A DNA stretch of 38,636 bases from Neoconidiobolus thromboides FSU 785 (GCA_025603075.1 MU626440.1:1-38636); one strand, 5' to 3'; positions 24,230 through 37,562 are shown, counted from the first letter of the stretch. Numbers and translations: made by a program. Notes: generated by a model from the letters alone, not told the origin.

Positions 24230-24365
24230 ATTATTTATTTATTTTGTATTAAATTAATAAAGTTGCTGCTTTATTTATTTTAATTCATTACATTTAGTTT
24301 GCTTTTTGAAATTTTAAATAGTTATTTTGAAATTTTAAATCCTTTATTTATTATTCTTAATTTTT

Positions 24366-26563
24366 TTAGTCTTCATCCCAATTTGGGTTGTTTTTTGGCA
24401 TTTTAGGACCCCCGGCTGGTTTACTCATTATAATCTACAATTTCATTTAATAAAATTTATAAAAATTCATTTTAAACTTACCTGATCAACCATTAATACA
24501 GTTAAGGCAGCATGGGTAGCCAATTCAATAGCATTATGCTTAACAGTGTAAATATCCAAGATTCCTTTTTCTTTAGCGTCTATACTGGCTGCCTTTTCAC
24601 TCTAAATAAATTATAAATAACTAAACTAAATTTAGAATCATTAAAACTTACATCTATATCTACACCAACAAAACAGTTTTCTTGATTTGTATAATGAGCA
24701 GCATGTAATTTAGAGAGAATTTCATAGGACTAAACAATGATAAATAAGCAGATACAAATAAATAATTGTTTTCTTACACTCATTCCAGAAGTTTCGCCAA
24801 GAGTACGTGGTACAATCTCTAAAGCTTCTGCAAATTTTTTAATTGCATATTGATTCAATCCTGCTGTTTTCTAATTAAAATTAATAAAAAATAAAAAGTA
24901 ATTCCAATAAAAAGCTTACTTCTCCGAATGAAGTTAAATGTTTAGCTAACTGCGTTTCAGAGGCTCCAGCACCAGCCAAAACACGACCATCACGTCCTAA
25001 GGCTTTCACTGAGCTGATACCATCATCTAGAGCTCTTTCAACATCATCTAAGAAATTTTGGGTAGCACCTCTCAATAAAATAGTGGAAGTCTTTGATTTT
25101 TCAGTTTCTAAAAAAATAAGCTTCTATTAAAGTCATTCTATCAACTATTTTACCTTGACGGAAAATAACAACACGATCACTACCGATTTCTTCAGACTCA
25201 ACAATATCACAGTATCCCATCTCTTCAGCCATTGGTACACCCTAAATTAACACTTAAAAAATTGAAACAATGATCAACTATGATATTACCAATCTAGCTA
25301 ATGGTGTAGCTCCAACGACTCTGGAAAGACGACGTAAATCGAATTTAGATGGACATTTAACTGCCATAAGACCATAACGATTGATAAAGTGAAGAGCCAA
25401 ATCACCAATAACACCACCACTGACAATAACTTTGACACCAGATTCAGCTAATTCTTTGATAGCCTCTTCGATTTGGGATTCTTCACCCTTTGAGAAATCC
25501 AACATTTCTTTAGCATTATGAATTAATACCGTACCCTTAGTTTCAGTTTGAGAAATATCAATTGGACAACTGAATACAGCAATCTTTGCTTTTTCGGCAT
25601 AATGAACGTTTCCTAATATAATTTTAAATACTTGTGTTATATAATATATTATCTTTTTACCTTCAGCTTCACGTCCAAATACCATTCCTTTAACTACTTT
25701 AGATTCCAATAAGCTTGAACCCATTACTTTAACAATACGTACGCTATCCACGTTAAAATTAGATGCTTTATTTGGCATGATATAGGAACAAGCATCCCAA
25801 ACTAACTTAGCCAAAAAACCCTGATAGCCATTCATTTTAGAACCAACTGCAGCTTCAATTACTTTTAAAGTTAAATCTGATTCATTAATATTTTCAATAT
25901 TTTCAACACATAAAGCTAGCAAAAAACGAGATCAGTCCATACTATTATTTTAAATTCAAAGAGACTAAATTACTTTCTAATAACTCAAGTGCTTTTTTAG
26001 ATGCGATTTCATAACCTTGAGCTACTTCACTTGGCTTTAATCCCATTCTCAATAAGCCTTCAGCTTTGTCTAGAAGTTCGGAAGCTAACATTAAAACTAA
26101 GTTAGAAGCATCTCCTAACTATTAAAAATAGATTAATTAAAAAAACAAAATAATGGAAACAAATCTTACTTCTGCTTGTTGATGTTGAGAAGCTTGAGCT
26201 AAAATTTTAGCAGCTGGGTGAACTACCTCCAATTCGTTGATCATAGTACCAGCATCATTGGTAACAAATAATTTTTCTAAATGATTAACTACAATCTTGT
26301 TACGACCTTTCAAGAAAACAAATAAGCTTTATCTTTTTTTTACTTTTAATTTCTAATTACTTACCATTGGGCCCAAAAGAAGATAAAGTGATCTTATTCA
26401 ACTCTCTACAAGCGTCGATGTTTCTTATAACCGCATCGTCAACACCTTGGGAGATCTATCAAAATTAATAAGCTTTTTTGGATTTCTTTAATAACAAGAA
26501 GATTACTTTATATCCATCCTTAAATAAGGATGAGGAAGAGGCCTTTGGTACGCGTAATGACAT
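24366..26563 (-). CDS. CCT8: T-complex protein 1 subunit theta (CCT8)
   Basis: Starts MSLRVPKASSSSLFKDGYK. Motifs TSLGPNG, VTNDAGTMI, LRGATQNFLDDVERALDDG and GAGASE. Ends PAGGPKMPKNNPNWDED*. Confidence 0.97.
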
Positions 26564-27641
26564 TAATTTTTTTTAGAAAGATAAAAAATTATAAAAGTCT
26601 TCTTTTGACCGAATTGAATGGAAATTTGTTTCAAAAATCGAAACTTTTTGTTGTGCTGAATTATTTGGTTATGTTAAGATGTTATTGGCTAAAAAATTGC
26701 AACTTTTTGGATATTGTTGGCTTGATTGGAAATGGTCTTTTTGGTACAGAATCCTAAGAAAGGGATATGGCATTTTTTAGGGATAACGATATATTATCAT
26801 TACTAATTGTGTTTATCATTTTATAAAGCAAATTATCAGTATTGTTTGTTGAAGCTATTGTAGTTTTCTATTATCACTTGTTGAGCTTTTATCGCAGTAG
26901 AATTTTTAGGGTAATTTCTAATCAAAGATTTTGAGGGAAATAATGCTAGTCATTAGCTCTAATAGTTTTTTTCTTGTATAAGAACAGTTATTATCTGCAT
27001 GTGAAGTTATCTTGATATTGCAATTATATATCTTCACCAATTGGATCGGTCCAGAAATTATAGATTACTTTAGAAGTTACCTTATTGATTTTTATGGGAT
27101 TAAAAAGAACCCAAGTTTTTGTTTCGAATTTCTAGGCAATTTATTAGATAACCATAATAAATTGGTTCATAAATTTCATTATTAAATAAAGCGTTATTTT
27201 CCAAAAACTTTACTTATTAAGTGCTCTATATAATGAGTATAATAAATATAATATGATCATTATATACTCACAAAAACTATAATCCAAATTCAGATATAAT
27301 GAATATTTTTGATATCATCTAAGAACAAGTTTTTTTTAAATTTAATATGAACTTTACTGAACTTAAAATAATAAAACTAGGGTTAATAAACGGGGTAAGA
27401 GCAACAAAACCCTAAAATTGGCTTAAATTAAAAGCGTAAAAATAGTAATTTGTGATCACATTTACAGCATGATATTAAATCTTATGACCAATGTTACAAT
27501 TAAAGGGGTTTTTATAGGGCAAATTTCATCAAAATGCTTAAAATTGAATAGTGATTATTGTATTATTATAGAACTTTGAAGTATAAAAACTAAGCAAAGA
27601 GAGTAAACTGTTTTTATTTTTTCGTTAGTTTTTTTCAATTT

Positions 27642-30278
27642 ATGCTGGGAACAAGCAGTAGTACTGGTGGCTATCAACCATTAAATAAAAGTGAGGATGA
27701 TTACTCCTCAGAAAAGAATATATTTAGAGATAACGGAGAATTTGATAATGTAAACAATAATACCAATGAAGAAGAGGAGGATCAAAATGAGAGTTATGAG
27801 CTGCCGCCAAGTTTTGAGAGTGTATTAAAAGAAAAAGAAGCATATAAAAAGAATACAATTAAAAGAAAGTTACTTACTTTATTTACCATCTTTTTTTCAA
27901 TCGGTCTATTCTTATTTTTGTTTGGAATACCGTATCTACCTAACTTTATTCAAGCCTATTTTGAAGACTTGGGAGGAAGGTATCAAGCACCCACTTTACT
28001 CTATACTGGTAAAAGAGGTGCTGTTGCTACCGAAAATGAAATATGTTCTAAAATTGGAACTCAGACATTGAGAGAGGGTGGTAATGCTGTTGATTCCGCT
28101 ATTGCTTCTGCTTTTTGTATTGGTGTAGTCAATAGTTTTTCATCAGGTATTGGAGGCGGAGGTTTTATGACTATTCGTACTAAAGATGGAAAATATGATT
28201 TTATTGACTTTCGTGAGGAAGCACCTGCTGCTACTACTTTTGAAGAATATTTAAAACAACCTAATCGTACTCAGTTTGGTGGCACTGCTGTTGGTGTTCC
28301 TGGTGAAATTAAAGGTTTCGAACTTGCTCATCAACGGTAAATTTTGAATAGTCATCTTAATTTATTCTAATCATTGTTAGCTATGGTAACTTAAAATGGA
28401 GGCAATTAATTGAGCCTAGTATTAAATTGGCTAGATCTGGATTTCCAGTAGGCAAACAATTAGCTTACTATCTAAAAGTAAATCTATATTGTATTTTCGC
28501 TATGTTGTACTCATTTTTTGTCTAGTCAAATAAGCAGTACATTGACGCTTCGACTGGATTCAGAGAAGTATTTATAAATCAAAAAGATGAATTAGCTAAA
28601 GAGGGAGATATTGTTTATCGCAAAAATTTAGCAGATACTTTGGAAATTATTGCTAAAGAAGGTTCTGACGGCTTTTACAAAGTGATTAATAAATTATTGT
28701 TATAATAGGATAGAATATAATATAGTTTTAATAGGGAAAAATCGCTGAAAAAATAATTCAGACAATACAAAAAGAAGGCGGTGTAATGACATTAAAAGAT
28801 TTACAAGAATATCGTCCAATAACTAGAAAACCCATGGTTGGTACCTTTTTGGGCAATAAAGTTATTACTTCGCCTCCACCAACCTCAGGCCCAATTTTAT
28901 TGTCCATTTTAAATATATTAGAAGGTTATAAATTAAGCGATATCACTGCCCATGATGAAATTACTTTATATTATCATAGGTAATTATTATTTATATATTG
29001 TAAGAGCATAGTAATAACATTATGTTTATTTAGGCTTATTGAATCTTTCAAATGTAACTATATCACAATTATTGAATATAAATATTAATGTTGATTTTAG
29101 TCGGCTATGCTCAAAGAACAGAATTAGCAGATCCAATTATGGTACTATTATTTGTTATATTAATTTAATATAACAAAGTATTAACTATTTAATAGCCTAA
29201 TATAACTCAAAAAGCTAATGAATTCGCAGATAAATTAACAGCACAAAACATTCGTAGAAATATATCAGATGTAATTATCATTTTAGTTATTGTATTCTTT
29301 AGTTTAATATATTCATTTTTAGACACATACTTACGACTATAAGTACTACCATCCTAAGTATTCTCATAAAGAGTTACCTGGTACTACCCATTTATCAGTC
29401 ATTGACTCAGATAAAATGGCTGTTGGGTTAACATCAACTGTAAGCTTATACCGTATGCTACTATATAATTTATTTGACATATTCCTTTAGGTTAATTTGA
29501 TCTTTGGTTCTAAAATTATGGACGAAGAAACAGGAGTTATCTTTAACAATCAAATCGATGATTTTTCAATCCCACATACTAAAAACGGCTTTGATCTTTT
29601 CCCATCCCCTGCTAATTTTATTGGTAATATCTACTTCATGATGAATAATGCTAGTAATCTAATATAATGTGTTTCGTTAGCCCCTAGAAAGAGACCACTC
29701 TCATCTACAGTTCCTACTATCATCGAAGCTAACTCTGATTCTGATGATTTGGAATTATTGGTTCTTGGTGGATCAGGTGGTAGCAGGATTTTAACTGCAG
29801 CAGTACAAGTAAATATTATATAACAACAGTAGTATAATATTAATATAATTGTTTATTAGGTTATATTACAAGTAGTAATAAATAAAAAAGAGGTCCATCG
29901 TGCTATTGATCACCCTAGACTTCATAATCAATTGTTACCTGAACTTGTAATATTATAAATTATAAATTTCATCTTACATCCTAACCTATACTTAATTAGA
30001 CTTACTTTGAACCTAAGTTTTGTCCCATGATCTCAAATTCACTTGAAAAATATAAACATAATGTAATTATTATTATTTATTAGTTTAATCAATAGTTAAA
30101 ATAATTGTTTAGATTGAATATCTTTCTTTTCCTAACTCAGTAATTCAAGCCGTTCACTATTCTAAAGGAGTTTATTCAGGTAAATTTTATTCTTTTGATT
30201 TCTTTTGATTTAGCTTAATTTAATTTCCTCATAGCTGCTTCCGATGGCAGAAAGCACGGATTGGCTGATGCCTATTAA
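27642..30278 (+). CDS. Gamma-glutamyltranspeptidase (type II membrane, Ecm38/GGT1-like)
   Basis: Acidic cytosolic N-tail and one transmembrane segment. Motifs GGNAVDSAIA, SSGIGGGGFM, DFREEAP, VPGEIKG, catalytic GTTHLSVID, NNQIDDFS, KRPLSS, GGSGGSRI and ASDGRK. Confidence 0.95.
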
Positions 30279-31593
30279 GCTCTTCATCAAATTTGGTGTT
30301 TTTTTGTTTCTTTGGTAGTACAATAAATGATGATATATTAATACTACTATAGAATTCATTAGTAGTATGATTACATTATCAACAACTAAAGTCTTGATTA
30401 AAAAGATAATAAAGCTTTAATAAAAAACAAACTTGTATTTAATATCTAATGTTTATTTTATTAACTCAAATATTTTTTAAGGATGTCATTAGATTATTAT
30501 ATAAAGCTTAAAATTTTGATGTTTTAAATAAATAATTTCACATATTATAAATGCCTCTTACTGCCTGAGTTCATGTTTAAACAATTCTAAATAGTACAGA
30601 AAAATTAATTTTACTAAGTGAATGCAAAGAGCAAGCTGGCCAATGCATTCAAACTACTAGTAATGCTTTGCAAATTTGTAAAATTTGAGTAATTTAGACA
30701 GATTTTTGGACCTCTTTCTACTTTACTACCTGCTTAAAAGTATAGCTTAAAATTTAGGAAGATCAAGCATTACAAGGTAGAAAGAATTTTTGAAGTTTTT
30801 TTTAGCTTAACAAAAAATGATATCCCGCTAAAACATACTCTTGAAATTTTGATTACTTCTTGGAGATAAGCGATTCAGTTAACACATACAATAGTTTTGT
30901 ACAAAAAACTCCCATTTAAACCTCTTTAAACCTCTTTATTTTACAAACTTTACAACTTTACTCGTATGACTAAGAGACCATAAACTAACTTGATAATTGG
31001 AAAATCAGGATTATAGTTCTAATATGAATATTTTAGTAAATTAGTATAATATAATATCCTATGTTCTATCATTAATTAATGATAGAATAATAAATACTTT
31101 TATACAGAAATAAAAATAAACTTAAAATTTGTGATGAAATTTTTTTTATTCAAGTTACCAATTGGGTTTTAATAAAGCTAGAAAAATAACTTATTTGGAT
31201 CAAAGTGATTATTTAAGTAACAAAAGGTCAAACACTAACAAAATTTTGATCCTTTTAATATTTATTTTTCAATACTCAATTACATAATTTCAACATGCAA
31301 CTTTTTTGAAGACTATTGGTAAACGTAGGTAATTTGATATGCAGTTTTATATGGCTAATATATTTTATTGTTAAAATTCAACTTTAATAAAAAAAGCTGT
31401 CATAGCTTGAATTTTGTTTATTAAAATATTCTGACCAGTGTTTAAGTTTGTGTATCAAAAGTTTACTGATGCTTACTAATAGCTTTTACAATATATATGT
31501 CTGAATGCAATAGTTTTAAATATAAGCTACTATTATTCACTTTATTTTCACTTGTTTGTTAATTATATTGTTAGCTTTTAAGAGTGTAAAAAG

Positions 31594-31807
31594 AATATTT
31601 TAAAACAAATACATATCAAATTGGGACTGATTGCATTTAGATGCTTCCTTTTATTTTGATTTGTCATTAATTTCTTTTACATTAAATTTATGGATCATAC
31701 GTAACCCTAGCCTATATTTTCATTACAAAAGACATTAACAAATCAAAATAAATCAGAGCATCTAAATGCAATCAATCCCAATTTGATATGTATTTGTTTA
31801 AAATATT
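31594..31807. mobile_element. Foldback/long-TIR non-autonomous element (~214 bp)
   Basis: Arms of about 80-85 bp: AATATTTTAAAACAAATACATATCAAATTGGGACTGATTGCATTTAGATGC... versus ...GCATCTAAATGCAATCAATCCCAATTTGATATGTATTTGTTTAAAATATT. The spacer is about 45 bp. Confidence 0.8.
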
Positions 31808-33346
31808 GACTTTATAGCTCTGCAACCCTATTATGACCCAACTAACTGCTCATTAAAGATAAAAATTTGCTAAAATCCTATATTAGTCTTTAAAAAACTA
31901 AACAAACGGATAACTGACTTTATTGTGACCTAATTGGGATAAATTTTAGAGTTACAGCAGCTATATTGAAATGAACAAAAAGAACGTCAAAGTAATGACA
32001 GCTTAATTCTGATTTTCTAGGTCAACATATTTTTCAAATAAAGCAACTTTAGGATAAATTTTTAGGGTAAATTAGACACTTGAATTTTATTTCAGGTTTA
32101 TGATTGTAAGGCGTATTTTTATAGTTCTTAAATAAAAAGATGAAGTTCTAAGTTTTTTATAATTTGCATTCATTTTTATTCCTTTAAAATAACAAAACTC
32201 AAATCATTCTAATGAGATAACAGTTATAGATAGTCAAAAAAAGTTAATCAAAAGAAATTTTTATAGCTTAAGTTAAATTCCTTTTATCCTTTTTGACTTT
32301 TTGAACATAAATTTATTTTTAACTCTACTCGTTATATCCCTTTTTATACGTCATTTTTTTTTTAAAATTAACGTTAAAATGATTGTTTTCAAAGAATTGC
32401 TGAATAATTTAATTCCTTCAAGGATAAGTTATGATTTTCTATTTAATAAATTAGACAGGGTTTTAGCCAATCAGAGTTGTTATTAGTTTTTAATTAGACA
32501 TATCAATCTATTACACCAATAGCAGAATATTATTATATTATTATATAAACAAAAATAATAATATGAAAAATAAAGTTTTATTGTTTTGAAATAAATTATT
32601 ACCCTTAAACTATTCTCATAATTTTTTCAAAGCCTTATATTGTTTCAATATGCGCTTCATTAGAATGAATATGTTTAGACACTCTCCTTTTATGAGTTGA
32701 TAAATGGATGTTAATTGGCTAATATTGTTTTATTTTAAATAGAGGTTAAAATTTATTCAAAATTTCAGAGTAAATATTAGACTAACTAATATGGACAAGA
32801 TGGATTATACAGATTTTATTGGCTATCTATATTGAAGCCAACAAATGATATTTAAATTAGGTTAATAAGGTGTGGAGATTAAAAGTATTTTTAGATCTAA
32901 TAAATTTGATTAAGCTGATTTGATAATTTTCAGCACTAAGCGTCATTTTGAAACGTTTTCGTCTCTCATCTTTAGTTAATCACCTTAAAAGCAGCTTATT
33001 CTTAATTAATCTTAGCAGGGTTGATCTATGCAATTGTGTTTAAAGTATTAATTTAATATTTTTTTAAATTAATCCAAATTGTTATAATATTTCAATTTTT
33101 TAAATCTTTTTTCTTCTCAATTCTTTTTGATTATTGAACTTTGAGTCTCATTTGTTTTTTAAATAATTACCATCTTTCGTTTATTTTAAAAGCTTTCTTG
33201 TTTAAATAATTAGATCTTTCCTTTCCCTTTATTCATTGTTATTTTTAATCTGTTACTACTTCCATTATAGTGAATAGACTTACACTATTTTGATCTTATT
33301 GTTTTCCTTTACCTTTCATTATAAAAGTTGTTTTTAACTCATCAAA

Positions 33347-36185
33347 ATGAGTGATGATAATAATAATATAAGTAAAAGCCCTTCTTTATTACGTCGTAAC
33401 AGAGCTGATACCCTACCTTCAATGAATTCCGTTCAACAATTTAACATCAATCCTACTCAAGAAAAAAGTAACCTTGGAAATGACCTAACATCATCTCTTT
33501 ATCGTAACCGTCTTAGTTCTTATAGTATCAACCCAACCGAACCAGCTGGGAGTCCTAGCATTACCAAAGTCAATTCCTGGGATGATCCATTTACTTCATC
33601 AAACAAAAGTTACCAAGGAGTTTCAAAGATGCCAACTTCATTTTTATCCCATTATGAAAGTTCGGCAGCTAAAACCCTTGATTTCCTTGGTTTAAATGAA
33701 GAGTTGAATGCTCCAACTATCCCTTCCCCAAAGCTAAATGGTATGATTATAAATAATTTTAATTAATATTCTAAATTTAATTTTATAGCTTCTCGTAGGA
33801 ATAGAGCGATGACGTTACCAGGAAACAATCCTTTAGCACCTCCATTCAAAAGCAATCGACCACCTTCAATGGGTGCAATTAGCGATGGTGAAAGTGAAAA
33901 TACTATTCATTCGCCTACTTCTGGACAATCTACACTTCTTGATGGAGCCCAAAAAGACCAAGTAATTGATTTGATTATGAATAATATAGTATTTATTAAT
34001 TTGACTAGGATTTAGAATGTTTGTCCCTTAAGTTAGAGAACTTGAGTCTTGATACTACTCTTAGCAAATTGACAGTTGAACTTTCCAAATATGGAGATGT
34101 TGAATCTGTACAAATGGTTAAAAAAGACGGGGTTGGTTATGTTACATTTTCCAATGCAGAAGAAGCAAAGAATGCTCAAACTAGTATGAACAACAAAGAA
34201 TTTTTAGAATCACTTCTGAAAGTCAATTTTTATAGAGTTAGTATTAATATAGATATTTAGTTAATTGAAACTAACTTTTACAGGAACCAACTAATGATCA
34301 AACAAATACAGCTAATTCTAGTCAAGGTAATAAATTTACCTTAAATTTTTTTAACGCTAAACAGCAAATTAGGTAATCTTGCTACTGATCCTTCCGGTTT
34401 AAATCAAAACAATTCTGGTGCTAGGTAATGAAATATTCAAAATTAAAATTAAATATACTTATTTTTTTAATAGTCAAGAAGCCAATAGTTTCTATAAAAA
34501 AGTACATTATTTCATTTCAAAATTTAAAGTAAAAATCTAACAATACATAATAGACTATAGACTATTATAACCAACAAGCAGAAGATTTTAAGCTAGCTGT
34601 AGCTGAAGTTTCAACTAGAGGCTTAAAAAAGCATGGTAAATTAAAGTTGATGGTTTTTTGACTGAGAATTTAACATTTCAATAGAACTTCTTATGTCATA
34701 CGAATATGCAGTTACCTTACCACCTATCCCAAATCCAACTTTTAAGAAAAGAGTTGAGCCAACCAGATTAAGAGAGCTTCGTAAATTGCTTGAATCGGAA
34801 CCTAATACCGAAGCAATTGATAGCTCTTTTGAAGAAACTAAAGATTCGTGGGTGGATCTTTGCTCAGGTAGGATGTTTTATTGTATTTTAGAAGCATATA
34901 ATTAATACGGTTAATAGATTATATTGGGAATATTATTATTCAAAAGCTTATTGAACATGGGACTGAAGAACAAAAAACAATGCTTATAAATTCTGTTGCA
35001 CCATATATGGCAGCTATTGGAATTCGTAAGTTAAATAACCATTATTTTGATATTTATTAAAATATAAAATAGATAAAAATGGTACTTGGGCTATTCAAAA
35101 AATGATTGAATGTGCTGATACGGACGCACAGGTATATTCATTCGAAATTATGAAATTTTATAAATCTAACTTTATCTTATAAGGTTGTTCCAATAGCTGC
35201 TGCTTTAAAACCTTTTACACCTGCACTTCTTTTGGACCAGTTTGGAAATTATGTAGTACAATGTTGTTTAAAATTTGAGTCTCCTAACAATCAGTTCATT
35301 TTTGATGCTATTTACTCTCGATGTTCCGAAATTGCACAGGGACGCTATGGTGCAAGAGCAATACGCACTTGTTTAGATAGTCAATTTACTACACAAAAAC
35401 AAAAGGAATTAGTTTCCGAAGCGCTTATGCGTAACGCCTATTCTCTTTCTACTAATGCTAATGGCTCACTCTTGTTAAATTGGATACTTGACTCTCAATT
35501 TACCGAGCATTATATGGGTATTGTAGTCAATTTGAGTGGCCATTTATCACAGCTGTGCTGCCATAAGTTAGCTTCTTCAATTATTGTTCGATTAATTAAT
35601 CAGCAACTCGATTCACAAGCACGTGAATACCTTCTTTATAAACTCTTTTTCCAAAACTCTGGACCTGTAATCAAAGATATTCTTACTGATTATAGCCAAG
35701 GAAACCAATTTGTACAAAAAATATTAAATTCTCCATATCTAGATGAAGAAACCAAAGCTTCGATTCAAATGTCAGTAACAAAATATAATAGTCAATATAT
35801 AGATCATCAACAACTTATGGGATATCGTCGTCTCCTTTTCGATGAAGCCATGGCTCATTCTGGACATTTCCTTCAGAATCAAGCTTTACCAATTCAACAC
35901 GATCCCAATTTCCCATCATTCAATCCTGGAATGAATCCTGGGATGCCAAATACTCAAGATAACCCTGGAAACTGGTCTTGGGGATGGAATAGCCAGGCTC
36001 AAACCCAAGCCACGTTACCAAACTATATTACAAGTATGTCAACGCCAAGTCCCAATCTTTTTAACCAAAATAATTCTTATTTTATGCCCACTACCGCCCC
36101 AAGTATGAATTCCGGTAGTGTACAGCCAAATGAGTCAAAAGATTCCAAAACTTCGACCTCTCATATTGCCCTTAACATCAATTGA
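33347..36185 (+). CDS. Jsn1/Puf1-Puf2-like RNA-binding protein (RRM + Pumilio repeats)
   Basis: Multi-exon gene. RRM (KYGDVESVQMVKKDGVGYVTF), then Puf repeats (DYIGNIIIQKLIE, KNGTWAIQKMIE, DQFGNYVVQCCL, GRYGARAIRTCL, NANGSLLLNWIL, HKLASSIIVRLI) and a Q/N/P-rich tail. Confidence 0.85.
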
Positions 36186-37462
36186 AACCTATTTAATAAT
36201 TGTTCCTTTTCTTTTAGATGTATGCTTTAGTTTTTACTTGACTTTATTTTAAAAGTTACAAGATTAATATTAAACTTCAATATTGTTCTTGTCCAAACTT
36301 TCTAGTTTCTTTATGCTAATAAATGTATTTTTTTTTACTTCTATTAATACTTGCTTTGGGTAAAAGGTTGAGTAATTAATTATTAAATAAATGTTATAAT
36401 ACTAAACCTGTTTATTTTTCATGTGCCATTTCAGTTTTATTGTGAAGTAACTGACGGAATGGAATGAGAGTAGTTTATGCCTACTATTAAAAGCCATATA
36501 GTAAAACCTATTAAAAATCTAGAATTGTAGAGGCTTAAAGTGAAAATAATAGCATAAATGCCTAATTAGATGGATAAATGCTTACTTCCTTTAGTTTAAT
36601 GTTCTTACTTTTTACTTCTATAAGAACTATTGACGCCTTCACTTAGATTTACTTTGCTTCTCATAAAGCACACAGTGTTGTTAACTTTTCCGAATTTCAA
36701 AAATAGTTTAAGATAGGCTTAAAATGATAGATTTTTATACTAATTAAAAGAATATAACATACATCATTATAATATCTATATAAAGTAACATTGGTTATAT
36801 GTTGATAAAATAAAATGAAATAAACATGAATAGACTTAAATGCTTTGAATTTATGACTTTTTCTTTTTTAAGGAAATCTTGGAGGAAATAAACTCCCAAG
36901 CGGTTTATTACTAGAAGTAAGTAGATGTATAAAAAAATTGAATAATGAGGATAAGGATAGCTGAAATCAAAGGAAAAAGTAGATAAATTTCAAAATTTCA
37001 AAATTAAATAAAATGGTTGTTTATAGTATTTTGTAAAATTTATAAACTAAAACAGAAAAATAATAAGCTTAGAATACAAAATCACCTAAATAATATCAAC
37101 ACATGATAAGTTTAATCCATTTCTATTAATTATTCATTTTTTTATTTTTAGTTTTATCACTTTATTATTATTATTAAAGGTTAAAATTTATGAAACCAAA
37201 TTATCTACTAATTTATTAGAAAATAAAAAAAGCTATAGAACAAATAGACGTTATTAGTAAAAATATAAGTAATATTTTAAAACTTTGAAATAAAGAATAG
37301 GTTTCAAAAACAAGGTCTTAATAAATTGAAAATCCTTGAGATTAAGACATTTCCAAAGGAATCCCTAGTGCTACTATAAGTATTTAAAAAAACTTATGGA
37401 AATTTATACACACTTATAAGAAAGGATTTTGTTGACTTCCATAGATCTGAGAGCACTTGATA

Positions 37463-37562
37463 TGGGGATGTTTTTTTAGCTTCAGCATTTTTTCTATCTT
37501 TTAAGCGCTATTTGAGTGGGAAAATTGTTAGTAAAATTCTTAAATACAAAAATACATCCCTA
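37463..37562 (-). mobile_element. MITE copy 8
   Basis: TA|TGGGGATGTTTTTTT...AAAAATACATCCCTA|TA. Confidence 0.9.

Noticed and set aside
26530-26757. 75-aa plus-strand ORF
   Set aside because: Overlaps the CCT8 start on the opposite strand and has no recognisable motif.
30573-30929. Frame of about 119 codons interrupted only by TAA stops, suggesting a RIP-mutated gene
   Set aside because: The stop count is close to random expectation at this AT content, TAA dominates by chance, and no protein family is recognisable.
32301-32486. 61-aa plus-strand ORF
   Set aside because: Non-ATG start, AT-rich intergenic composition, no motif.
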